A stretch of DNA of 64,000 nucleotides. It comes from Azolla caroliniana (taxonomy: Eukaryota > Plantae > Polypodiophyta). Position 1 is the stretch's first letter; every line of letters begins with the position of its first letter. The DNA lies in NCBI GenBank assembly GCA_043228905.1, contig JBHGNT010000011.1:18228001-18292000 (forward strand), given 5' to 3'. A program made the position numbers and the translations under genes. This document shows positions 1 to 8,353 of this stretch, in pieces. The notes beneath the pieces were generated by a model. It saw nothing but the letters and a program-made list of their open reading frames with translations, was not told the DNA's origin and searched no databases.

Positions 1-551
1 TCCGGTATCGGTGCGCAGGCTGGTAGTGTTGGTGCTCGTTCCAGAATTTTTTCCGGCGTCGGTTGTTTTTCCTCTTCCTTTGGTGACGGAGGCCTCTCCT
101 CTTCGACTTCCGGTGTCAGAGGTCGCTCTTCCTCTACTGGTTCCGGGGGTTCCCGCGTTAGCACTTCCGGTTCCAGTGTCGGTAAGGTATCCGATCCTTC
201 GTCCTCCGGTCTGCCCGAGGTTTCGTTGCTGCTACGGTAGTTCGTGTGCACGCTGAATTCCCCTTTGGAGTCCGATTCATATGCTAAAAAGGCTTCTGCT
301 TCGCCTTCTCCGTTTGCCAACGCGTGGATAAGGGATTCGGTTTCCCGGAGGCTGCTTAGGCTGTTGTCGTCGTCCGGGTGCGATGTTTGCTGTAACCAGA
401 GGGAGTCCTCCACTACTCTCCGGATTACGTTGGAAAATGAGCGATCCGTTCTAATTTCCTGCGCCGCTTGCTGGAAAGCCTCGCGTCTCCTTTGCCTTTC
501 GGCAAGGCGTCAAGTTTGATCTGTAACCAGGTTGTGCGTTGATCTAGACAT
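1..551 (-). pseudogene. N-terminal part of a gag-like/ORF1 frame of the Tat-like element
   Basis: ATG at 551-549, in-frame TGA at 512-510 (probably CGA>TGA), then open to position 1 (RLAERQRRREAFQQAAQEIR...EEERPLTPEVEEERPPSP). Confidence 0.5.
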
Positions 552-587
552 CCATCTGTGCTGTCGTTCGCTGCAAAAACAGGAATC

Positions 588-597
588 GTGGTCGCCA
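588..597 (-). other. Primer-binding site, tRNA-Arg-type
   Basis: Plus-strand GTGGTCGCCA equals the recalled 3' end of plant tRNA-Arg(UCG)+CCA. It lies 7 nt inside the LTR end. Confidence 0.6.
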
Positions 598-604
598 AAA
601 ACTG

Positions 605-1039
605 TGTTAACTCTTAGGGCCGGACAATGGCCTAACACAGGGTGTCTACGGAAGACACTTCCCCAAAGGGTGTTACGGCAACCAGATTAGACTTCAACGC
701 TTAATCCTACTTGATTAAGTTACTTATTATGATCGTCTTTCATAACACATGCGTAAGATATAACAATTAAGACAGAACGGCAATTAACACAGAGAGATAA
801 CAACGCTTAAGCTTTCATTAATTAACCGCTCCTGATTACAGTGTATCCGGGCCTTTAAATAGGTTTCCGGTCTGTATTACAAAATGGTGCCATCCACACC
901 TGTTCGGGATCGGTCCGGATCCGGAACGGCATACCGTTCCGGTCCGTCCGTCCACACTCATAGCTTAATTACAACCACATTCCTACTACTTAACTAACTC
1001 TCCGTTTCCCACTCTGAACTCCTTTGTCGGCCGGTAACA
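605..1039 (-). repeat. 5' LTR (about 435 bp) of the Tat-like element
   Basis: TGTTA/TAACA inverted termini, TATA-like CCTATTTAAAGG (minus, about 852-863) and an adjacent PBS. Confidence 0.7.
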
Positions 1040-1092
1040 TTCTTCAGCCGATCCGGCCGATGTTGAGCTTGTCTCTCAACACTCCCCCTCAA
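1040..1092 (-). repeat. Copia A 3' LTR remnant (1040-1081) and polypurine tract
   Basis: Minus strand reads TTGAGGGGGAG-TGTTGAGAGAC; 1048-1081 matches 20680-20713. Confidence 0.85.
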
Positions 1093-1183
1093 GCTCAACT
1101 TGAGGCTCTTCGGGATCTTCACAGCACCGGTTCCTCCTGGCTTCTCGCCTCGCTCACGCTCCTCGACCTGTTCGACTCCGCGC

Positions 1184-1903
1184 TGTCGGGGTTGCTACGC
1201 CCTTGCGTGTAGAAAGGAGGAGGGACCACGGGGGTCTTGAACCGAAGAGCAAGAGAGAGAGGAGTAAGAGAGAGAGAGACCCGATTACACAGAACCGAAG
1301 ATCCGATTGCGCAGAACCGACGATTGCACAGGGACACGGCCCAACAAACAGAGATCACAAATAAACGCCGACGCAGATGGACGCAACAACGAAAGATATG
1401 TACTTATGAATGCAAGAAAATAACAGACTAAAGTATTACAACCCACGGTGGGGCACGAAATAGATACTAACGAAAACGAACAGGGCGGCGAACAGATGCC
1501 GACCCCTGTATGTCGCGACGCACAGGAAGGGAAAACAGGTCGGAGGTGCTGCAGGACGCACTCGGGGCGTTCCACGGAACAGCGCAAGCCTCCTCGAAAC
1601 CTGCACAGGTACGCGATGGAGCAGAAGACAGAGAAAGCAGGAGTGAGAGAGAAGCTCCGAAATCGGTTCGGCAGCACTTCGTCCTCTCCGCGCGAGATAT
1701 CCCACTTCTATTCTTCCTCTTTCTTTTATAGCCCGTCAAGAGGCCGTTTGGCATTAACTGCATACCAACCGAATCTACCCACCTAGGATCCTCGTATGTA
1801 CCTACTTCGCCCTTAGGTACTTCTTGGCGCGTGTGTGCGTGTAGAGCCGTTTCCCCACGCCTTGTTCCTCCGATTTCTCTTGTGGGCGGTTTTCTTCACG
1901 ACA
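1184..1903 (-). repeat. G1 3' LTR (720 bp)
   Basis: TGTCGGGG...CACGACA, identical to 7634-8353. TATA box GCTATAAAAG on the minus strand near 1723-1732. Confidence 0.97.
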
Positions 1904-1975
1904 TCCGCCCCCACCTAACCGCGCATCCACCGGCATGCGCCAAATTAAGTTGGCACGGAGAAAACCGGCCCGCCT

Positions 1976-4900
1976 TTACTCTTCGCCTGCCGGCCCTCCC
2001 TCGGCCTCGGATCGGTCGTCGCTGCTGTCCAGGAGAATCGGGTCGGGTTCGTCGTCGTGCCGCTTCTTGAAAGCTTTGATCCTCTTCCCGGCCACGGGTA
2101 CTGCTATTCCCGTACCGTCGAGTTCCGCCAGATGATACGTCCCGTTTTCGTTGGCGCTCTGTACCGTGTACGGCCCGAACCATCTCCGTGCGAACTTCCG
2201 CGTTGCTCGGTGCTGGTTGTCGAGGCTGCTGTCGTAGACGAGCACCCAGTCACCTTCTTCGATCTTCTTCGGTCGGAGTCGGTGCGTTCGGTCGAACCTG
2301 GCTTTGTTCTTTATCCTCGCCACTCGGATCCTTTCTGCAGCCGTCTCCACGTCCTCCGGTCTCCGTTCGAGTTGTCGTATACGCGCTGCCAACAACTCCT
2401 CCCGGCTCATCTCGTCCCTCCAGTCGACCGTCGCCCATGAGGAGATTGTTTGTTCCACCGGCATGATCGGCTTCTGGCCGAACATGAGCTCTGTCGGCAT
2501 GTACCCGGTTACCGAACTGTGCGTAGTCCGGTCGGCCCACAAAGCATAAGGTAGAAGTCGCGGCCAGTTACCGACTTGGCCTCCGCATGCCCGAACCAGC
2601 GCCTTAACGATCGGCCCGTGTCCGCGCTCCACCTTTCCATTCGCCTCCGGGTTGTACGCAGTGGTGAGCGAGAGTTTGACTCCCAGCCGATCGAACAGCT
2701 CCGCGGCTTCCTCGGCGTCCAACTCCCCCCGGTCAGCCACGATCTTCCCGACGCACCCGTACCGGCATATCACGTCCTCGATCAGGAACCGACACACGGC
2801 CGCGGTCGTCTTGTTCTGAAGGGCTCGGCCTTCCACCTGGTTCGTCAGGTCTTCCCGCGCTAGGACCAGGTACCGCATCTGTCCTACCCCCATCGGCATC
2901 GTCACTAGATCTACCATCCATTTGAAGTGGATAGTCGGAGGGTACGTAGGGCGAAGCCCATCCCGGTGTCGGACTATCGAGTGCATCTGACAACTCTCGC
3001 AAGTCGACACGAACCGATGCACGTCCCGGTACAATCCCGGCCACCAGTACTTCCCCTTCAGCTTCTCAAATGTCGCCCACGTTCCACGGTGTCCAGCCCA
3101 AGGGCTGTCGTGGTAGGCCGTCAGCAGCTCCTCCTGTTCTTCCTTCATCGCCACCACCCGGAGCGGAGCGCCGTCCCTCTTCTTCGGGTGCTTCCATAGG
3201 TAGCCATCCCGGAGAAAGAATCGATATGCTTTCTTCCGAATCCGGTTGGCCTCGTCCTTCGTCCATGACGCATCAGGCGTCATTGTCTTCAAAAACCCGT
3301 CGATCTGCAGCCACTCCCCGTCGTACTTGCTCGCGTCGAACTCGTTAAGCGCCGGAGTGCTCATCCCGTCGGTCGTTATGTATGCCGCCTCGAAGAAATC
3401 CACGCCGACTTCTTCGTCTTCCGAAACCATGCCGTCCTCGTCGTCGAACCTCGCCCTCGAAAGCATGTCGGCCATGGCGTTGTCTTTCCCGGAAATGTGT
3501 CGTATTTCCGGGTCCAGGGACTTGATGTACGCTATCCACCTGAGCATCGCCAGGTCCGGAGTCGCGCATCCGGAAACCATACCGAGGATCGGCAGGCAAT
3601 CCGTCTCGATGATCACTGCTGTCCCTATCAGGTAGTCTTTGTCGGCCTTAACCGCCGAAACAATACCCCAGAGTTCGCGTTTAACCTGGGCGTATCCTCG
3701 CTGCCGTTCACTGAGGACTTTCGCGCCGAATCGGATCGGAAACCGATTGCCGTCCTCGTCTTCCTGGTTCACGACCCATCCGATCCCGGTCGGACTGGTA
3801 TCCACCGTTATGAATACCGGGGTACCCTTCCCGTATACCGCCTTCCGGAGTGCCGGTGCCGCTGCAAGGGCCTCTTTCAGCTTCCGGACCGATTCCGCGT
3901 GCTCGTCTAGCCATTCGAACCTTCGCCCCTTTTTCAGCAACCCGTACAGTGGCTCCGCGACGTGTGCGTAATGCGGGATCCATATGTGGTAGAACGCGCA
4001 TGCCCCCAGGAATCTCCGTACTTCCGTGACCGAGCTGCAGTCGGGCTTCATCGCGGAGATGGCTTCTACCTTTGCCGGAGACGGTTTCCGGCCATACGGT
4101 CCGCACAGGTGTCCGACCACCATGATTTCCGACTGCCCGAATGCTGACTTCTCCCCCGAGAAGGTGAGTCTCGCATCCTCTAGCCTTCGCAGCACCTTCT
4201 CGCAGTCGTCGATGTGCGTCGCCACGAATCGCCGGCATCCGTCCGGCCCGATCGTCTCGTCCTTCTCTTCTACCGGGCATCCCTTGATCGGGATGTCGTC
4301 CAGAAACGGCATGGTGATGTCCGGGATACAGTCCCTCAGAACCTTGTTCATCGCATTCACCATGTGGGCCACCGAGTTGGTCCCTCCTTGCGGCAGTGTA
4401 CACATCCGAACTAGGCCGAGGGGAGTTCGCATCGTCGTAATGTCTCTGCTCTCCACGGCTAGCTGGAACTGGTCGTACCCTGAGTATAGATCCCCGACCG
4501 AGTAAATTGACCTTCCGGCGAAGGCCTCCGCGAACTCGTCTACGGTCGGTCCGATCCCTGCGTTCCGAATGGTCACTCGATTGACCGGCTGCAGGTCCTG
4601 GATGAAGCGCAACGAACCGTTTTTCTTCGGTACGGTAAACCATCGATTCGAATATGGGGCGCTCGACGGCTCGAGAATTCCCATATCAACTTTCTGCCTC
4701 AGCAGCTCCATCAACTTCGGGATGTGAGCTCTCGGAACCGGGATTGGCTTGAGATTCCATGGTACATGCAGTACCGTGAATATCACCATCGGCTCCACGA
4801 TCGTCGGGTCAACGCATCCGATTTCCTCCGGCGAGAATGCGAAGGCTTTCCCGTGCCTTCCGAGCATTCTCCGAAACCGATCTTCCTCCGCCGGCAGTAG

Positions 4901-5479
4901 GAACCCGCCCCCACCGATTTTGAGCTCTCGGAGCGTCTCGTCGGTGAAGGTGTGTCCTATGCAGGCCGGATCTCGTAGACTAGGGTCCGATGCAACCCCT
5001 TTGATTCTCGTCGCGCTGTCCTCCGGTAGGGGTGCCGCGACTGGCCTTACCTTCCGGTCCACAGTCTTGTACTTGGTGCTTACGTGGGCCGTCCGAACTG
5101 ACTCGAGCCCTCGACCGAAGTCCGCGATGACTTCGTACATCTCCTCGGAACACACCGGTATCGTCCGGTCTTCGTTAAGGCCTTCTTCGACTACCTTTCC
5201 CAGCATTCCCAAGGTGTCGTCGAATGAGACCGCCTCCACGGCTCCGTTGATTTCCTCGTCCGGGCCGAGAACTCCGCACGCTCGAAGTCTCCCCTCCGCC
5301 TTCGTCTTCTCTCGGCCGCCGATGCCGACTATCGTACACGCTCCGCTGTCGGAGAACAAAAATCCCCTACCTATGGTACAAGGTTCCTTCGGTTTTATCG
5401 TACAGGTGTGGGGTTTTCCCGGGGTGTCCGGACTGTCGCGGCCCCACGCCTTGGCAGCCCTCTCTAAAAATCCTCTCGG
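1976..5479 (-). CDS. pol: G1 Pol (RT-RNase H-integrase), probably expressed by -1 frameshift from gag-PR
   Basis: RT motifs LPQG and FLDD; RNase H TVDTS...ELWG...ETDC...ADMLSR; integrase HHCC (H-x6-H...CESC), D,D(35)E core and GPY motif. The frame is open upstream of the listed TTG to 5479, overlapping the gag stop. No chromodomain seen. Confidence 0.95.
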   Translation of the reverse strand, partial: PRGFLERAAKAWGRDSPDTPGKPHTCTIKPKEPCTIGRGFLFSDSGACTIVGIGGREKTKAEGRLRACGVLGPDEEINGAVEAVSFDDTLGMLGKVVEEGLNEDRTIPVCSEEMYEVIADFGRGLESVRTAHVSTKYKTVDRKVRPVAAPLPEDSATRIKGVASDPSLRDPACIGHTFTDETLRELKIGGGGFLLPAEEDRFRRMLGRHGKAFAFSPEEIGCVDPTIVEPMVIFTVLHVPWNLKPIPVPRAHIPKLMELLRQKVDMGILEPSSAPYSNRWFTVPKKNGSLRFIQDLQPVNRVTIRNAGIGPTVDEFAEAFAGRSIYSVGDLYSGYDQFQLAVESRDITTMRTPLGLVRMCTLPQGGTNSVAHMVNAMNKVLRDCIPDITMPFLDDIPIKGCPVEEKDETIGPDGCRRFVATHIDDCEKVLRRLEDARLTFSGEKSAFGQSEIMVVGHLCGPYGRKPSPAKVEAISAMKPDCSSVTEVRRFLGACAFYHIWIPHYAHVAEPLYGLLKKGRRFEWLDEHAESVRKLKEALAAAPALRKAVYGKGTPVFITVDTSPTGIGWVVNQEDEDGNRFPIRFGAKVLSERQRGYAQVKRELWGIVSAVKADKDYLIGTAVIIETDCLPILGMVSGCATPDLAMLRWIAYIKSLDPEIRHISGKDNAMADMLSRARFDDEDGMVSEDEEVGVDFFEAAYITTDGMSTPALNEFDASKYDGEWLQIDGFLKTMTPDASWTKDEANRIRKKAYRFFLRDGYLWKHPKKRDGAPLRVVAMKEEQEELLTAYHDSPWAGHRGTWATFEKLKGKYWWPGLYRDVHRFVSTCESCQMHSIVRHRDGLRPTYPPTIHFKWMVDLVTMPMGVGQMRYLVLAREDLTNQVEGRALQNKTTAAVCRFLIEDVICRYGCVGKIVADRGELDAEEAAELFDRLGVKLSLTTAYNPEANGKVERGHGPIVKALVRACGGQVGNWPRLLPYALWADRTTHSSVTGYMPTELMFGQKPIMPVEQTISSWATVDWRDEMSREELLAARIRQLERRPEDVETAAERIRVARIKNKARFDRTHRLRPKKIEEGDWVLVYDSSLDNQHRATRKFARRWFGPYTVQSANENGTYHLAELDGTGIAVPVAGKRIKAFKKRHDDEPDPILLDSSDDRSEAEGGPAGEE
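5408..5473 (-). promoter_or_regulatory. Candidate -1 ribosomal frameshift signal of G1 (slippery G_GAU_UUU plus pseudoknot)
   Basis: The gag frame reads GAG GAT TTT TAG and the pol frame AGA GGA TTT TTA GAG. After a 6-nt spacer come S1 GGGCUG/CAGUCC and S2 GUGGGG/CCCCAC. Confidence 0.75.
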
Positions 5480-7617
5480 TTATCGGAACCGAGGGAGTCG
5501 CGGTTACGCTCGTGGTTCGGCCTAACCGTCAAAAACTGGACCGAATGGCGCCCGTCCTGGCTCTTGACCCGCGCATAGGCCGAACCGTTGTCCAGCACCT
5601 TGGTCTCCATTCGAGCCGCCGTGATGTACGGCTCTCCCAGTATGACGGGGTGCGATGACGACTCCTGCACGAAGAAGTGCTGGTCTATCTCGACATCGCC
5701 GATCTTGACCCGTACATTCGGGCAGGCCCCGTGAAGTTCCTCGGTGGCGCGCGTCGCCGCCCTTATCTTCCACCCGTGCTTGGTGTTGATCGGCCATTTG
5801 CCCTTCTTATAGAAGTCCATGGACATCAGGTTGATTTCCGATCCGTGGTCCACCAAAGCTACTACCGGTTCCTGGACATCGCCGATCTTTACCGGGGTTT
5901 CCGTGGTCGCTCGGGCCCAGTGTGGCCGCGAATAGTGGCTCTCCGCCCACTCGTCTTCCAGCGCCATGTCGTCCAGGTGCGCCGTCCGCACCTCTACCGG
6001 TCTTTCCGGTTCCTCCTCCGTCGACAGCCTCTTCCGCTTGACCAAGTCCACGATGGAGTCGTGGAACTCTTTCTTCGCGATTCCGAGCACCTCCCGTAGC
6101 GACAGCTCCACCTTGCTGTCGAGGATCCGTTCCTCCAGGACCTTTCGTAAGTCCGTGGTTCTTTCTATCTCCGTCCCCAGACGGTACCCGCCCTTCTGGG
6201 GTTTATCTTGCGTACCGGCCCCGCCGGCTTCGTCCCGTCGTGGCCCGGACCGGGTCTCGTATCGTTGTGAGGGCCCGGTCGTCCCGGGTTTCCCCACCCG
6301 CTTCTCTTCTACCAGAGCCTCGTAGTTCCGGCAAGCGGCTTCCACGAAGCCCGTCTTCTCCTCGACCGGGTCGCTCCACCCGGTCATCTCCCGTACCCGT
6401 TTCTCCGCACGGTCCGATTCCTCCCTCTTCATCCTCGTATCGGCAAGGCCTTCCAGCACCGTCGGCCAGAATCCGGCTTTGCTTCCTCTTCGGGCCTCGT
6501 TGCCCCCGACTCGAATACCGGCCGACGCCGAGTAGTGGACGGTTTCCGCATGTCGGGCCGCCGCCTCTTCCATCAACCTCTTCATTCCGCCTCGCCCGTC
6601 GTTTCGGTTTAGGGCCCTTCTCGTGTCGTTGGCGTGAACCCGGCCTTCCCATAGGTACACCACCCGGTTCCTCAGCGCCTCTGCGAAATCGCCGCAGTCT
6701 TTTCGGATGTGGCCGACCCCGTCGCACCACATGCACCTGTTCCCTGCCGCCGGCCGTCGGTCACGAGCAGGTCCTCCGCCTTCTCTGCGGGCTTGTGCGA
6801 TTTGGAGGTCTTTTATCGCCCTCGTCAGTTCCTCCAACGCAGCTCCTCCAGTCGAGCCTCTGATCACGTCGGTCGTAGCTGAACCGGATTCCAGCCACTC
6901 CCGAGTCTCTTCCCTTCGCACCGGCTGCGCCGGCTCGAGTTTCCTCGCCGCGACTGAGCCCGACCCGGTTGCTCTGTCATCCTCCCATTCTCGCCGTTTG
7001 TCGAAACGGCCGCAGGCTCTCTTGACCGCCGCCCAGTCGGCTGTCAGCCCGTCTTCGGTTTCTAGCAGGGCGCCCACGTGACTCCGATCCCTCTCGTCAA
7101 CCGATTTGACGAACAGCAGGACCCGGCTTGTATCCAGGACCATCCTGTCAAGCGCCGAAAGGCGCGCGAAGTTCTCCTCGAACTCCCGGAGGAGTGCCGA
7201 CGCGTTTCTTCCTTTCCCGGGAGACTCCACCCACTCCATGAAGCTTCGCTTCGAAAGCCGGAGCGCGTCGTCCAGTCCGTATTTTTCCAGGAGCCGACCT
7301 TCGAACTCCTCCCAGGTACGGCTCTCCGCCCGCACCTCGAGCACCTCCGCATGGATGCTCGGCATCGCCACTCGGGGAAAACCGGCAAGACGCCTGTCTT
7401 CCGGAATGTCCCGCATTAACATTTCCGCACCGTAGGACGCCAGATACTTCGTGGCATCCTTCCCATCGAACCGGCCGATCGTGCCGACGACCGCCTCAAT
7501 AGCTCTGTCGAGGGCACCGGTGCCCTCGCGCGCGTTTACAATCCGATCCACGGCCGAAGCCATGGCCTCTGCGAGATCCGACCCCCTCATCTTCTGCTCT
7601 TCTGCCGCCTCTTTCAC
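5464..7617 (-). CDS. gag: G1 Gag-protease polyprotein
   Basis: CCHC knuckle CMWCDGVGHIRKDC; aspartic protease ALVDHGSEIN...ILGEPY at the C-terminus; first ATG at 7590. Confidence 0.93.
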   Translation of the reverse strand: MKEAAEEQKMRGSDLAEAMASAVDRIVNAREGTGALDRAIEAVVGTIGRFDGKDATKYLASYGAEMLMRDIPEDRRLAGFPRVAMPSIHAEVLEVRAESRTWEEFEGRLLEKYGLDDALRLSKRSFMEWVESPGKGRNASALLREFEENFARLSALDRMVLDTSRVLLFVKSVDERDRSHVGALLETEDGLTADWAAVKRACGRFDKRREWEDDRATGSGSVAARKLEPAQPVRREETREWLESGSATTDVIRGSTGGAALEELTRAIKDLQIAQARREGGGPARDRRPAAGNRCMWCDGVGHIRKDCGDFAEALRNRVVYLWEGRVHANDTRRALNRNDGRGGMKRLMEEAAARHAETVHYSASAGIRVGGNEARRGSKAGFWPTVLEGLADTRMKREESDRAEKRVREMTGWSDPVEEKTGFVEAACRNYEALVEEKRVGKPGTTGPSQRYETRSGPRRDEAGGAGTQDKPQKGGYRLGTEIERTTDLRKVLEERILDSKVELSLREVLGIAKKEFHDSIVDLVKRKRLSTEEEPERPVEVRTAHLDDMALEDEWAESHYSRPHWARATTETPVKIGDVQEPVVALVDHGSEINLMSMDFYKKGKWPINTKHGWKIRAATRATEELHGACPNVRVKIGDVEIDQHFFVQESSSHPVILGEPYITAARMETKVLDNGSAYARVKSQDGRHSVQFLTVRPNHERNRDSLGSDNREDF

Positions 7618-7630
7618 GTCGGGTTCACCA
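7613..7630 (-). other. G1 primer-binding site complementary to tRNA-Trp
   Basis: Plus-strand TTCACGTCGGGTTCACCA equals the recalled 3' 18 nt of plant cytosolic tRNA-Trp(CCA). It is 3 nt from the LTR. Confidence 0.85.
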
Positions 7631-7633
7631 AGA

Positions 7634-8353
7634 TGTCGGGGTTGCTACGCCCTTGCGTGTAGAAAGGAGGAGGGACCACGGGGGTCTTGAACCGAAGAGC
7701 AAGAGAGAGAGGAGTAAGAGAGAGAGAGACCCGATTACACAGAACCGAAGATCCGATTGCGCAGAACCGACGATTGCACAGGGACACGGCCCAACAAACA
7801 GAGATCACAAATAAACGCCGACGCAGATGGACGCAACAACGAAAGATATGTACTTATGAATGCAAGAAAATAACAGACTAAAGTATTACAACCCACGGTG
7901 GGGCACGAAATAGATACTAACGAAAACGAACAGGGCGGCGAACAGATGCCGACCCCTGTATGTCGCGACGCACAGGAAGGGAAAACAGGTCGGAGGTGCT
8001 GCAGGACGCACTCGGGGCGTTCCACGGAACAGCGCAAGCCTCCTCGAAACCTGCACAGGTACGCGATGGAGCAGAAGACAGAGAAAGCAGGAGTGAGAGA
8101 GAAGCTCCGAAATCGGTTCGGCAGCACTTCGTCCTCTCCGCGCGAGATATCCCACTTCTATTCTTCCTCTTTCTTTTATAGCCCGTCAAGAGGCCGTTTG
8201 GCATTAACTGCATACCAACCGAATCTACCCACCTAGGATCCTCGTATGTACCTACTTCGCCCTTAGGTACTTCTTGGCGCGTGTGTGCGTGTAGAGCCGT
8301 TTCCCCACGCCTTGTTCCTCCGATTTCTCTTGTGGGCGGTTTTCTTCACGACA
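7634..8353 (-). repeat. G1 5' LTR (720 bp)
   Basis: Identical to 1184-1903 on block-by-block reading. Confidence 0.97.

Larger units (their letters stand above)
1..1039 (-). mobile_element. 5' end of a Ty3/gypsy (Tat/Ogre-like) LTR retrotransposon inserted in the 3' LTR of copia A; runs off the left edge
   Basis: The LTR has TGTTA...TAACA termini (605-1039). It is followed on the minus strand by a PBS (TGGCGACCAC) and an acidic, Pro-rich reading frame. The copia LTR remnant resumes at about 1040. Confidence 0.75.
1184..8353 (-). mobile_element. Full-length Ty3/gypsy element G1 (7170 bp), apparently intact
   Basis: Two identical 720-bp TG...CA LTRs, 4-bp TSD GCGC (1180-1183 and 8354-8357), tRNA-Trp PBS, PPT GGTGGGGGCGGA (1904-1915), and uninterrupted gag-PR and RT-RH-INT frames. 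Confidence 0.97.

Noticed and set aside
921-942. 9-bp hairpin CCGGAACGG-cata-CCGTTCCGG in the Tat-like LTR
   Set aside because: A single short stem in a CCGG-rich stretch, with no second copy to test conservation.
1119-1786. Small ORFs recurring four times in the gypsy LTRs
   Set aside because: Recurrence is due to LTR repetition, and their ends shift with indels between G1 and G2.
3708-4643. 311-aa alternative-frame ORF in pol (and its copy 12809-13744), plus many antisense ORFs in 1-20 kb
   Set aside because: Arg/Gly/Pro-rich shadow frames are expected from GC-rich coding DNA. They show no motifs, and their apparent conservation only reflects near-identical copies.
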